Below are positions 16,115 to 23,651 of a stretch of DNA of 32,000 nucleotides, in pieces. Position 1 is the first letter of the stretch. Each line of letters begins with the position of its first letter. Under the pieces are notes generated by a model. The model worked only from the letters and a program-made list of their open reading frames with translations, searched no databases and was not told the DNA's origin. Source of the stretch: Nostoc punctiforme PCC 73102. GTDB taxonomy: Bacteria; Cyanobacteriota; Cyanobacteriia; Cyanobacteriales; Nostocaceae. The stretch is taken from the NCBI RefSeq assembly GCF_000020025.1, contig NC_010628.1, forward strand, positions 1,500,001-1,532,000, in the 5' to 3' direction. The position numbers and the translations under genes were made by a program.

Positions 16115-17215
16115 TTACTTTGAAAGTTCCGGCGCGAAGAGAATGCGGTTGTCATTAATGCTATCAAATGTAGGTGTAGACCAGCGATCGACTACTTTGC
16201 CAATAATTGACATTTCTTGAACTAAGCGGTCAAATTTATCAGGGGTGAGAGATTGCGGCCCGTCAGATAAAGCTTTTGCGGGATTGGGGTGAACTTCAAT
16301 CATTAAGGAATCTGTACCAGCTGCGATCGCAGCGATTGCCATCGATGGAACATATTCAGACCTACCAGTACCATGACTAGGATCGATCATAATCGGTAAA
16401 TGGGTCAGCGATCGCAATACCGGAAGCACAGATAAATCTAAAGTATTCCGGGCATATTTACCATCAAAGGTTCTAATTCCCCGCTCACAAAGAATCACAT
16501 TTGGGTTTCCTGATGCCAAAATATATTCTGCTGCCATCAGCCACTCGTCAATTGTGGCAGACATCCCCCGCTTCAGCAGCACAGGTTTATCTTGAGCGCC
16601 TACCTTTTTCAGCAGCGAGAAGTTGTGCATATTCCTAGCTCCGATTTGGATTATGTCAGCTGTTCTCGCCACTGCTGATAAATCGGCAGCATCCATCAAT
16701 TCTGTGACGATACCCAAACCAGTAGCTTCCCGTGCTGCTGCTAATAAATCTAAAGCGCTTTCCCCATAACCTTGAAAGGCATAAGGTGAAGTGCGGGGTT
16801 TGTAGGCTCCGCCGCGCAGAAACTTCGCTCCTGCTGCCTTGACGCGCTTTGCAGTTTCGACAATCATTGCTTCATTTTCAACGGAACAAGGCCCAGCTAC
16901 CACCACAATCGGATGATGTTCGCCGAAATAGACATCACCGTTGGGTGTAGGTACAACAACCTCGCTGGCTTCTCCATGTCGGAATTCTCGGCTTACCCGT
17001 TTGAAAGGTTGTTGCACTCGTAATACTTGCTCAATCCAAGGGCTGTACTCTTGAATCTGTAATTTATCGATGCTAGTGGTATCACCAATTAGCCCTAGCA
17101 CAACTTTATGAGTGCCAATGCTTTTTTCTACGGTGACTTTCCAAGTTTCACTTAGTTCTTGGCTGATGCGAGTAATTTCCTCAGCAGGTGTACCGTTTTT
17201 AAGTATGATAATCAT
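16115..17215 (-). CDS. aroG: 3-deoxy-7-phosphoheptulonate (DAHP) synthase, type I-beta, with N-terminal ferredoxin-like regulatory domain
   Basis: 366 aa with the GAYKPRTSPYAFQG motif and a ~75-aa N-terminal extension before the TIM barrel. Confidence 0.9.
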   Translation of the reverse strand: MIIILKNGTPAEEITRISQELSETWKVTVEKSIGTHKVVLGLIGDTTSIDKLQIQEYSPWIEQVLRVQQPFKRVSREFRHGEASEVVVPTPNGDVYFGEHHPIVVVAGPCSVENEAMIVETAKRVKAAGAKFLRGGAYKPRTSPYAFQGYGESALDLLAAAREATGLGIVTELMDAADLSAVARTADIIQIGARNMHNFSLLKKVGAQDKPVLLKRGMSATIDEWLMAAEYILASGNPNVILCERGIRTFDGKYARNTLDLSVLPVLRSLTHLPIMIDPSHGTGRSEYVPSMAIAAIAAGTDSLMIEVHPNPAKALSDGPQSLTPDKFDRLVQEMSIIGKVVDRWSTPTFDSINDNRILFAPELSK

Positions 17216-17256
17216 CTATTTTTCCTTGTGTATAGTTTGTGGGTGTAAAGGCTAAT

Positions 17257-17405
17257 CATTGCAGGTCAATGCATTAGCATTGCAGGTCGATGTATTGGCA
17301 TTGCAGGTTGATGCATTGGCATTGTAGGTCGATGTATTGGCATTGCAAGTCGATGCATTAGCATTGCAGGTCGATGCATTGGCATTGCAGGTCGATGTAT
17401 TGGCA
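17257..17405. repeat. tandem array, 7 x 21 nt (CATTGCAGGTCGATGCATTGG)
   Basis: Contiguous units at 17257, 17278, 17299, 17320, 17341, 17362 and 17383. All inter-unit differences are transitions. The array lies in the trpD-aroG spacer. Confidence 0.9.
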
Positions 17406-17475
17406 GCTTTAGAAAACTTGTCTGTACATCGTGGCCTCGTAAAAGAAATAGGGAGGCTGGGTGGGAAAGATTTGT

Positions 17476-18567
17476 CTAGCGCAAAAATTCAGCAAGTTGT
17501 TCTAGTTTTGTCCAAGCTGCGCCGCTTTGCAGAATTTCCTTTGCAAAGGCAATACCTTTGACACAACTGGCTAAAACATCCGTTTCCCCATGAATGGCTT
17601 CACCAACTTGGAATGCTAGGGCTGTATTTAAAGCAACAACATCTTGCTGTGCTTGCGTGCCTTTACCTTGAAGAACTGCCTTCAAGATGTCGGCATTTTC
17701 TTGGACATCTCCACCGCATAACGCCGCAGTTGGGGCAAAATTTAAACCAAGTTCTTGAGGGTTCAGCGTTAGAGAACGCACCTTTTTATCTTGGAGTACA
17801 GCTAAGTCAGTGACATCTGCCAAACCAGCTTCATCTAAACGTTCGCGTCCATGAACTGCGATCGCTTGCTGACATCCCAATTGGGATAAAGCTTGCACAA
17901 TTTCCTCTAGTAGAAGCGGATCGTTCACACCAATAATTTGCCCCGTTGGTCGCATGGGATTTACTAGCGGACCGAGTAAGTTAAAAACAGTCCGCACTTT
18001 CAAAGTTTTTCGCAAACTAGCGATCGCTTTGAGTGCAGGATGCCAACCTGGAGCAAACAAAAAGGTAATTCCAACTTCACCCACTGCGGCTTGTACTTTT
18101 TCAGGAGTGGCGTTGAGATTTATCCCCAAAGCTTCCAGCACATCAGCCGAACCGGTCTTGCTAGATGCCGAACGATTGCCATGTTTAGCAACTTTTACCC
18201 CGGCGGCGGCAGCAACAAAGGCAACAGCAGTCGAGATATTAAAGGTGGAAGCGCCATCTCCACCAGTTCCACAAGTGTCAATTAGTGGGGCTGGGTACTG
18301 GGTACTGGGGATTGGGGATTGGGATTGTAAGACACTGGCCATGCCTACTAATTCTTGGGCTGATACGCCTTTGGCTTGAATTGCGGCTAAAATCGCTCCT
18401 GATAGTACATGAGGAATGGCATCTGTGAGCCAACCTTGCATCAAATCCGCAGCTTGGGGAACTGTTAACGATTGCCGATTCAGCAACTGTTGCAATAAAG
18501 CTGACCAGTTATAGAATTCAGAAGGGATGGCGATGTTATCAGGTGGAGTTTGAGTTACAGCTATCAT
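17476..18567 (-). CDS. trpD: anthranilate phosphoribosyltransferase
   Basis: 363 aa with the DTCGTGGDG motif and the KHGNR motif. Confidence 0.95.
   Translation of the reverse strand: MIAVTQTPPDNIAIPSEFYNWSALLQQLLNRQSLTVPQAADLMQGWLTDAIPHVLSGAILAAIQAKGVSAQELVGMASVLQSQSPIPSTQYPAPLIDTCGTGGDGASTFNISTAVAFVAAAAGVKVAKHGNRSASSKTGSADVLEALGINLNATPEKVQAAVGEVGITFLFAPGWHPALKAIASLRKTLKVRTVFNLLGPLVNPMRPTGQIIGVNDPLLLEEIVQALSQLGCQQAIAVHGRERLDEAGLADVTDLAVLQDKKVRSLTLNPQELGLNFAPTAALCGGDVQENADILKAVLQGKGTQAQQDVVALNTALAFQVGEAIHGETDVLASCVKGIAFAKEILQSGAAWTKLEQLAEFLR
18287..18327. repeat. STRR1-type heptamer tract inside the trpD coding sequence
   Basis: The minus strand reads CAATCCC AATCCCC AATCCCC AGTACCC AGTACCC AGCCCC, which encodes [14 protein letters not shown] just upstream of the GTGGDG motif. 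Confidence 0.85.
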
Positions 18568-18577
18568 AATTAGTCAT

Positions 18578-18678
18578 TGGGCATGGGGCATGGGGCACTT
18601 GTACTGAGCGAAGTCGAAGTATTGGGCATTGGTTATAGGTCATTACTCATTCACGAAGGACAAATGACAAATGACAAG
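18578..18678. repeat. heptamer repeats in the trpB-trpD spacer
   Basis: TTGGGCA TGGGGCA TGGGGCA at 18578-18598 and ACAAATG ACAAATG at 18660-18678. Confidence 0.7.
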
Positions 18679-18682
18679 AAAA

Positions 18683-19912
18683 TTAAGGAATCAGGACTTT
18701 GGCGACGGTTTGCACATCTTTGTCACCTCTGCCGGAACAATTGATGACAATGCGGGGACTGCCTTCTAACTCAGGGCAAAGGGTTTCGAGATATGCGATC
18801 GCATGAGCAGTTTCCAAAGCTGGGATAATTCCTTCTAGTTGCGAAAGTCGTTGAAATGCTTCTAACGCTTGTTTATCAGTCACACTGTAATACTCGGCGC
18901 GACCAAGATCCTTTAAATAACTATGTTCTGGGCCAACACCGGGATAATCTAATCCGGCACTAATTGAATGAGCTTCGATAATTTGACCGTCATCATCTTG
19001 CAGTAAATAGCTCATTGCACCATGCAATACACCTATTTTTCCTTTTGTCAAGGTAGCTGCGTGTTTTTCTGTATTTACACCTTCACCCGCCGCTTCGACT
19101 CCAATTAGACGTATTGAAGGTTCATTGAGAAATTCATAGAACAAGCCGATCGCATTGGAACCTCCACCCACGCAAGCCAGTAGAATATCTGGTAATCCTT
19201 CCCATTTCTCCTGGGATTGAGCGCGAGTTTCAATACCAATTATCGCGTGGAAGTCACGGACAATCATTGGGTAAGGATGAGGCCCGGCGACAGAACCCAA
19301 GATGTAATGGGTTGTTTCCACATTTGTCACCCAATCTCGAATTGCTTCGGAAGTTGCATCTTTGAGAGTTCCCGTACCTGCCTCCACTGGATGAACTTCT
19401 GCCCCCATTAATTTCATGCGGAAGACATTCAGGGCTTGGCGTTCCATATCGTGGATGCCCATGTAAATCACACATCTCAAACCAAACCGCGCACAGACAG
19501 TTGCAGTTGCTACGCCATGTTGTCCTGCACCTGTCTCGGCAATAACCCTTTGCTTACCCATACGTTTAGCGAGTAACACCTGAGCTAAAGCATTATTAAT
19601 TTTGTGAGCGCCTGTATGATTTAAATCCTCACGCTTTAAATAGATTTGCGGCCCAGTGCCATCTGGTCTAGCGTAGTTTGCTGTCAAGCGTTCAGCAAAA
19701 TATAATGGGCTGGGTCGTCCGACGTAATCGCGCAGTAGGTTTTGCAGTTCTGCTTGGAAACTCGGCTCGTTGCGATATTTTTGAAATGCTGCTTCTAACT
19801 CACTTAATGCAGGCATTAAAGTTTCGGGGACGTATTTACCACCAAATCTTCCAAATCTGCCTAAAGAATCTGGTTGGATAGTTGCAGTCTTGATGTCTTG
19901 TATGCTTACCAC
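18683..19912 (-). CDS. trpB: tryptophan synthase beta chain
   Basis: 409 aa with [12 protein letters not shown] and the PLP-lysine motif HTGAHKINN. It has a GTG start with AAAGGA upstream. Confidence 0.95.
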   Translation of the reverse strand: MVSIQDIKTATIQPDSLGRFGRFGGKYVPETLMPALSELEAAFQKYRNEPSFQAELQNLLRDYVGRPSPLYFAERLTANYARPDGTGPQIYLKREDLNHTGAHKINNALAQVLLAKRMGKQRVIAETGAGQHGVATATVCARFGLRCVIYMGIHDMERQALNVFRMKLMGAEVHPVEAGTGTLKDATSEAIRDWVTNVETTHYILGSVAGPHPYPMIVRDFHAIIGIETRAQSQEKWEGLPDILLACVGGGSNAIGLFYEFLNEPSIRLIGVEAAGEGVNTEKHAATLTKGKIGVLHGAMSYLLQDDDGQIIEAHSISAGLDYPGVGPEHSYLKDLGRAEYYSVTDKQALEAFQRLSQLEGIIPALETAHAIAYLETLCPELEGSPRIVINCSGRGDKDVQTVAKVLIP

Positions 19913-19969
19913 TGTTTAAAATCCTTTTATGTTCAAGTATTTTTTACTTTCGTTCTAATTTTTTAGAAC

Positions 19970-21196
19970 TCATCTTTGCGTTTTTCTTTCCCAGGTTTCG
20001 TAGGTATAACCCAGTTCCTTGTGATTCAAAACGTCTATAGGGCGCACCAAATCGCTAGGGTTAAATTTTGGTAATAGGGATAGTAAATTCCCTAACGCCG
20101 TTGCTTTCGGGGTAGACATCCCGCCGTCCCAAGGCCACATTAGGTCTTTAAGATTGTGTCCGTAAGGCTGACCATCGGCAGGATAAAAATCGCTACCTTT
20201 ATGACCGTTTTCTTGCCATTCAGCCCAGAGGCGGTCTACGTTGGCATGATGCAACCAAAACACGGGATCGTAAGGGGAACTTGGTATATTGCTCATAGTC
20301 CCTAAACCCTTAAATGTTACGGGTGTCGTACTTGCGTCTATTTGTGCCCCACCGACTAAACCATGAATGTAGTTGTGGATGAATCCTCCGGGGGTGACTT
20401 TACCTTGCTCATCTACAGAGATAAATCCTTCTAATGCAGGGCGAAATAAAGAATAGTTATTAAGACTCAGGGCACGCTCAATATCTTTTTTGGGCACTGG
20501 ATAATCAGTGGCAGGAGGTATTTTTAGAAAGCGTACAAGTGATGTCCCTAATGATGTTCCGGTATCTGGGTCAAGGTTTAATTCTGGATTCATAATCCAG
20601 CCATTTGCAGCAGCAAAAGCCCCAGTTTGTACAGCCCCACCGGTAAAATCCCCCTGATTTGGAATTTTGATGGTTACTCCTTGACCGTTAGAACCAAGAA
20701 AGTCATCGTTAAAAATTACATCAAATGCTTTGGGGTCTGTCCAATCCCAGTATGGCAGAGTTACAGTTCGGTTTACTGCTTGCAAAGCTTGTTCAAATCT
20801 GCGGATATATTCTCGATGCCAAGGGAAAAATGCCGCATTTTCATGAGCAAGTTCTTGAACTGAACCATCGGAATGTCCTTTATGATTATGAATCAAGCGT
20901 GTTGCCCCTAGATGTATGGCAACGAATTGGTCGTAAATACTGACCTTGCTACCTGCGGGAATTGTAGTTTTTAAGGTTTTGATAGCTTTGACGAAGGCTG
21001 CTTTCTCTGCTGGTGTCAGGTCAGTTACGTTCTTTCTTACAGCTAATTGAGCGTATTGTCCCCGAAGATTTTCATACCTATAGTGTTTGTCTTGTCCGTA
21101 GCCAATGCGATCGTGGGCGAAGACTGTAACAGCACAGGCGCTAACTATAAGTAAGCTATAGATTAATATTTTGACAGATTTTAGCAGGAGTTTCAT
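19970..21196 (-). CDS. tyrP: secreted type-3 copper tyrosinase / polyphenol oxidase
   Basis: The CuA site is H..(n)..H..FFPWHREY and the CuB site is HNYIHGLVGG ... DPVFWLHHANVDRLW. The N-terminal signal-like segment reads MKLLLKSVKILIYSLLIVSACAVTVFA. The track start at 21202 is a TTG, and the first ATG is at 21196. Confidence 0.9.
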   Translation of the reverse strand: MKLLLKSVKILIYSLLIVSACAVTVFAHDRIGYGQDKHYRYENLRGQYAQLAVRKNVTDLTPAEKAAFVKAIKTLKTTIPAGSKVSIYDQFVAIHLGATRLIHNHKGHSDGSVQELAHENAAFFPWHREYIRRFEQALQAVNRTVTLPYWDWTDPKAFDVIFNDDFLGSNGQGVTIKIPNQGDFTGGAVQTGAFAAANGWIMNPELNLDPDTGTSLGTSLVRFLKIPPATDYPVPKKDIERALSLNNYSLFRPALEGFISVDEQGKVTPGGFIHNYIHGLVGGAQIDASTTPVTFKGLGTMSNIPSSPYDPVFWLHHANVDRLWAEWQENGHKGSDFYPADGQPYGHNLKDLMWPWDGGMSTPKATALGNLLSLLPKFNPSDLVRPIDVLNHKELGYTYETWERKTQR

Positions 21197-21222
21197 AGCC
21201 AAGATTTCCTTTGTATTTCTTC

Positions 21223-21292
21223 CTGTGCGACCTTTGCGCCCTTTGCGGTTCGTTATTTTTTATCGAACCACAGAGGCGCAGAGGGCACAGAG
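21223..21292. repeat. dispersed imperfect hairpin repeat (CCCTTTGCGGTTCG ... CGAACCACAGAGGCGCAGAGGGCACAGAG)
   Basis: The same family occurs at 26226-26283, with a half copy at 28204-28250. It lies in the trpA-tyrosinase spacer. Confidence 0.6.
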
Positions 21293-21313
21293 AGGGAAGA
21301 AAGAGAGAGTTTT

Positions 21314-22141
21314 TTATTTTGCGGAAACAACTTGTTGCAGGGATACTGGGGTAATTGCTGCTTTCAGTTCTTGGCAAAGCTTTTCTACTGCTTGTAGTCT
21401 TTCGGTTGGGCTGCCTTCAGCTAACCGTTTGACAAAGGCACTACCAACAATCACGGCATCTGCTCCCCATTCCCTTACTTGATGCGCTTGTTCTGGCCCG
21501 GAAATACCAAAACCAACGCCGATGGGTTTATCGGTGACGCTTCGCAAGTCGGTAATTAAATCTTTTACGCGGTCTTGGATTTGAGCGCGGATACCTGTAA
21601 CGCCTGTGACGCTTACCAGGTAGATAAAACCCTGAGATTGACGAGCGATCGCTAAAATCCTATCTTTAGAACTGGTAGGAGCTACTAGTAAAATTACCTC
21701 AATCCCAAAAGATGCAGCAGTTTGGATTAATTCTTCTGCTTCTTCTAAGGGCAAGTCTGGCACTACCAACCCTTGCACCCCAACAGCAGCAATTTGCGCC
21801 AAAAATGTCTTAATACCCCGGTGCAAAATGGGATTGTAGTAAGTAAATAGAATTATCGGCGCTTTCAGGGTAGGAGTTACAGCTTGCAACATCTCTAATA
21901 CTTGTTCTAATTTCGTGCCTTTTTGCAAAGCGCGAGTTGCGGCTGCTTGAATAACAGGCCCATCTGCGAGAGGATCAGAGTAGGGAATACCCAACTCGAT
22001 GAAGTCAGCGCCGTTGCGATCTAAGATACGTAAAGCTTGGGCAGTGGTTTCTAAGTTAGGATCGCCTGCTGTAATAAAGGGGATTAAAGCACACTGTTGG
22101 CGATCGCGTAAAGTTTGAAAGGAATTGGAGATAGAGGTCAT
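21314..22141 (-). CDS. trpA: tryptophan synthase alpha chain
   Basis: 275 aa with the [17 protein letters not shown] motif. Confidence 0.95.
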   Translation of the reverse strand: MTSISNSFQTLRDRQQCALIPFITAGDPNLETTAQALRILDRNGADFIELGIPYSDPLADGPVIQAAATRALQKGTKLEQVLEMLQAVTPTLKAPIILFTYYNPILHRGIKTFLAQIAAVGVQGLVVPDLPLEEAEELIQTAASFGIEVILLVAPTSSKDRILAIARQSQGFIYLVSVTGVTGIRAQIQDRVKDLITDLRSVTDKPIGVGFGISGPEQAHQVREWGADAVIVGSAFVKRLAEGSPTERLQAVEKLCQELKAAITPVSLQQVVSAK

Positions 22142-22228
22142 TTTGAAAAATAGTTAATGATTAGTTAATAGTTTTGGAAGAATCAACATTTAGGAATTAG
22201 CGATAGCCACGCTATATTTGTTGTTGTC

Positions 22229-22459
22229 GAGTCTTTTATCTCCGTTAACGAGTCTTTTATCTCCGTCAGCGAGTCTTTTAGCTCCGTTAACGAGTCTTTT
22301 ATCTCCGTCAGCGAGTCTTTTAGCTCCGTTAACGAGTCTTTTATCTCCGTTAACGAGTCTTTTATCTCCGTCAGCGAGTCTTTTATCTCCGTCAGCGAGT
22401 CTTTTATCTCCGTTAACGAGTCTTTTAGCTCCGTTAACGAGGCTTTTAGCTCCGTCGTC
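22229..22459. repeat. tandem array, 11 x 21 nt (GAGTCTTTTATCTCCGTTAAC)
   Basis: Contiguous units run from 22229 to 22459. Two sub-sites vary: ATC or AGC, and TTAAC or TCAGC. The array lies in the trpC-trpA spacer. Confidence 0.9.
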
Positions 22460-22538
22460 GAGTATTAGAGCTTCATTTTTTGAAGTAGTAATATAGCGCT
22501 TCTCGCTTGGATGCAATACACTTTGACCTCTCTCCAAA

Positions 22539-22561
22539 CCTCTCTCCTAAAAGGAGAGAGG
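22539..22561. repeat. perfect hairpin CCTCTCTCC-TAAAA-GGAGAGAGG
   Basis: 9-bp stem followed by a G-rich stretch (GGGAAGGGGTTGGGGGTTAGG). It looks like a dispersed intergenic repeat. Confidence 0.6.
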
Positions 22562-22618
22562 CTTTGAATCTTACTCCCAAACGCTCGCAGGGAAGGGGTT
22601 GGGGGTTAGGTCTATATT

Positions 22619-23446
22619 CTAAGAAAGCCTTAAAAGACTACGCACAGCTTGTTCTACATCGCTTTGTTTAACTAAAGACTCTCCGACTAAAACCGCACGC
22701 ACACCAGCTTCAGCGACAAGAGATAAATCAGCAGGTGTATACAGTCCAGATTCACTGACAACAGTGATATCTAAGCTTTGTAAATATTGCTGGCGCTGTG
22801 CTAAAAGTTGCTGTGTTATTCCTAAATCAACCGTAAAATCTTCTAGATTGCGATTGTTGATTCCTACTAAATGTAAGTCGTCAAGCTTAAGAACTCTATC
22901 CAATTCAGCCAAAGTATGAACTTCTACCAGTGCATTCATGCCCAAATCGTGAATTACTTGCAAAAAGTTTTGCAGTTCTTGGTCTGATAAAATAGCAGCA
23001 ATCAACAAAACCGCATCTGCGCCTGCTGTCCGTGCTAGATAGATTTGATAAGGGTCAATGATGAATTCTTTGCACAGTAGGGGTAATGCAACGTGCGATC
23101 GCACATTACGCAAATTGTCAAAACTGCCATGAAAAAACTTACGATCGGTGAGGACTGATAGACAAGCTGCACCACCTCGTTCATAAGCTTGAGCGATCGC
23201 AACTGGATCAAAATCCGCCCGAATAATCCCACGGCTAGGTGATGCCTTTTTTACCTCAGCAATTAAGCTAGGTTGGTTGGGATTTTGTTGTAAAGCAGCT
23301 AAGAAATTTCGGACAGGTGGAGCCGTAATTAACTGCTGCTGCAAAGAAGCTAGAGGAAGTTCCTGCTGCATCTGTGCAACTTCTTGCCTTTTATGCAACA
23401 CAATCTCTTCAAGAATATGGCGAGAAGCGGTAACTTGGTTAGTCAT
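22619..23446 (-). CDS. trpC: indole-3-glycerol phosphate synthase
   Basis: 275 aa with the [10 protein letters not shown] motif and a TIM-barrel pattern. Confidence 0.95.
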   Translation of the reverse strand: MTNQVTASRHILEEIVLHKRQEVAQMQQELPLASLQQQLITAPPVRNFLAALQQNPNQPSLIAEVKKASPSRGIIRADFDPVAIAQAYERGGAACLSVLTDRKFFHGSFDNLRNVRSHVALPLLCKEFIIDPYQIYLARTAGADAVLLIAAILSDQELQNFLQVIHDLGMNALVEVHTLAELDRVLKLDDLHLVGINNRNLEDFTVDLGITQQLLAQRQQYLQSLDITVVSESGLYTPADLSLVAEAGVRAVLVGESLVKQSDVEQAVRSLLRLS

Positions 23447-23482
23447 AAAATGCTTGAGTGAATGGGAAAATAATTAATTATT

Positions 23483-23609
23483 CTCGTTCCCAGATGGAAT
23501 CTGGGAATGCATGTAATACGGTTTAGTAAGGGTTACTGGCAAAAATTTTGGGTTTTTGAGACGCGATAAATCGCCGTCTCTACAAGTATTGGGAATGCAT
23601 GGGAACGAG
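23483..23609. mobile_element. MITE-like insertion with 10-bp terminal inverted repeats
   Basis: CTCGTTCCCA (23483) pairs with GGGAACGAG (23601-23609). Internal hairpins are TTCCCAGA-TGGAA-TCTGGGAA and GAGACGCGATAAATCGCCGTCTC. There is no coding capacity. Confidence 0.5.
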
Positions 23610-23616
23610 GCACTTT

Positions 23617-23651
23617 TGACAAATGACTAATGACCAATGACTAATGACTCT
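23617..23651. repeat. STRR2-type heptamer repeat (TGACAAA TGACTAA TGACCAA TGACTAA TGACTCT)
   Basis: Five contiguous heptamers overlap the stop codon and the last 8 codons of trpE(G). Confidence 0.85.

Noticed and set aside
17337-17561. 74-aa plus-strand ORF (ALQVDALALQVD...) over the 21-nt array
   Set aside because: It is a repeat-generated open frame on the strand opposite to the operon, and it runs into the 3' end of trpD.
17954-18379. 141-aa and 81-aa plus-strand ORFs inside trpD, and similar ORFs inside trpB, tyrP, trpE, aroB, dsbA, tyrA, the GT and scyF
   Set aside because: All are antisense to genes with unambiguous enzyme motifs, and none has a recognisable motif of its own.
17257-22459. 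Possibility that the 21-nt arrays are CRISPR arrays
   Set aside because: The units are directly contiguous with no unique spacers, there is no leader, and there are no cas genes in the window.
22229-22459. Eleven GAG-initiated units as a TRAP-like (11 x GAG/UAG) trp attenuation site
   Set aside because: TRAP sites are spaced by 2-3 nt, not 18 nt. The GAG phase is on the non-transcribed strand, and TRAP is not known from cyanobacteria.
22190-22537. 115-aa 'protein' with a GDKRLVN heptad repeat, and its antisense 92-aa ORF 22218-22496
   Set aside because: Both frames are open only because the 21-nt repeat has no stops. The start is a TTG buried in a hairpin repeat and there is no internal ATG. 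I keep it as a repeat feature, and coding remains a low-probability alternative noted in the findings.
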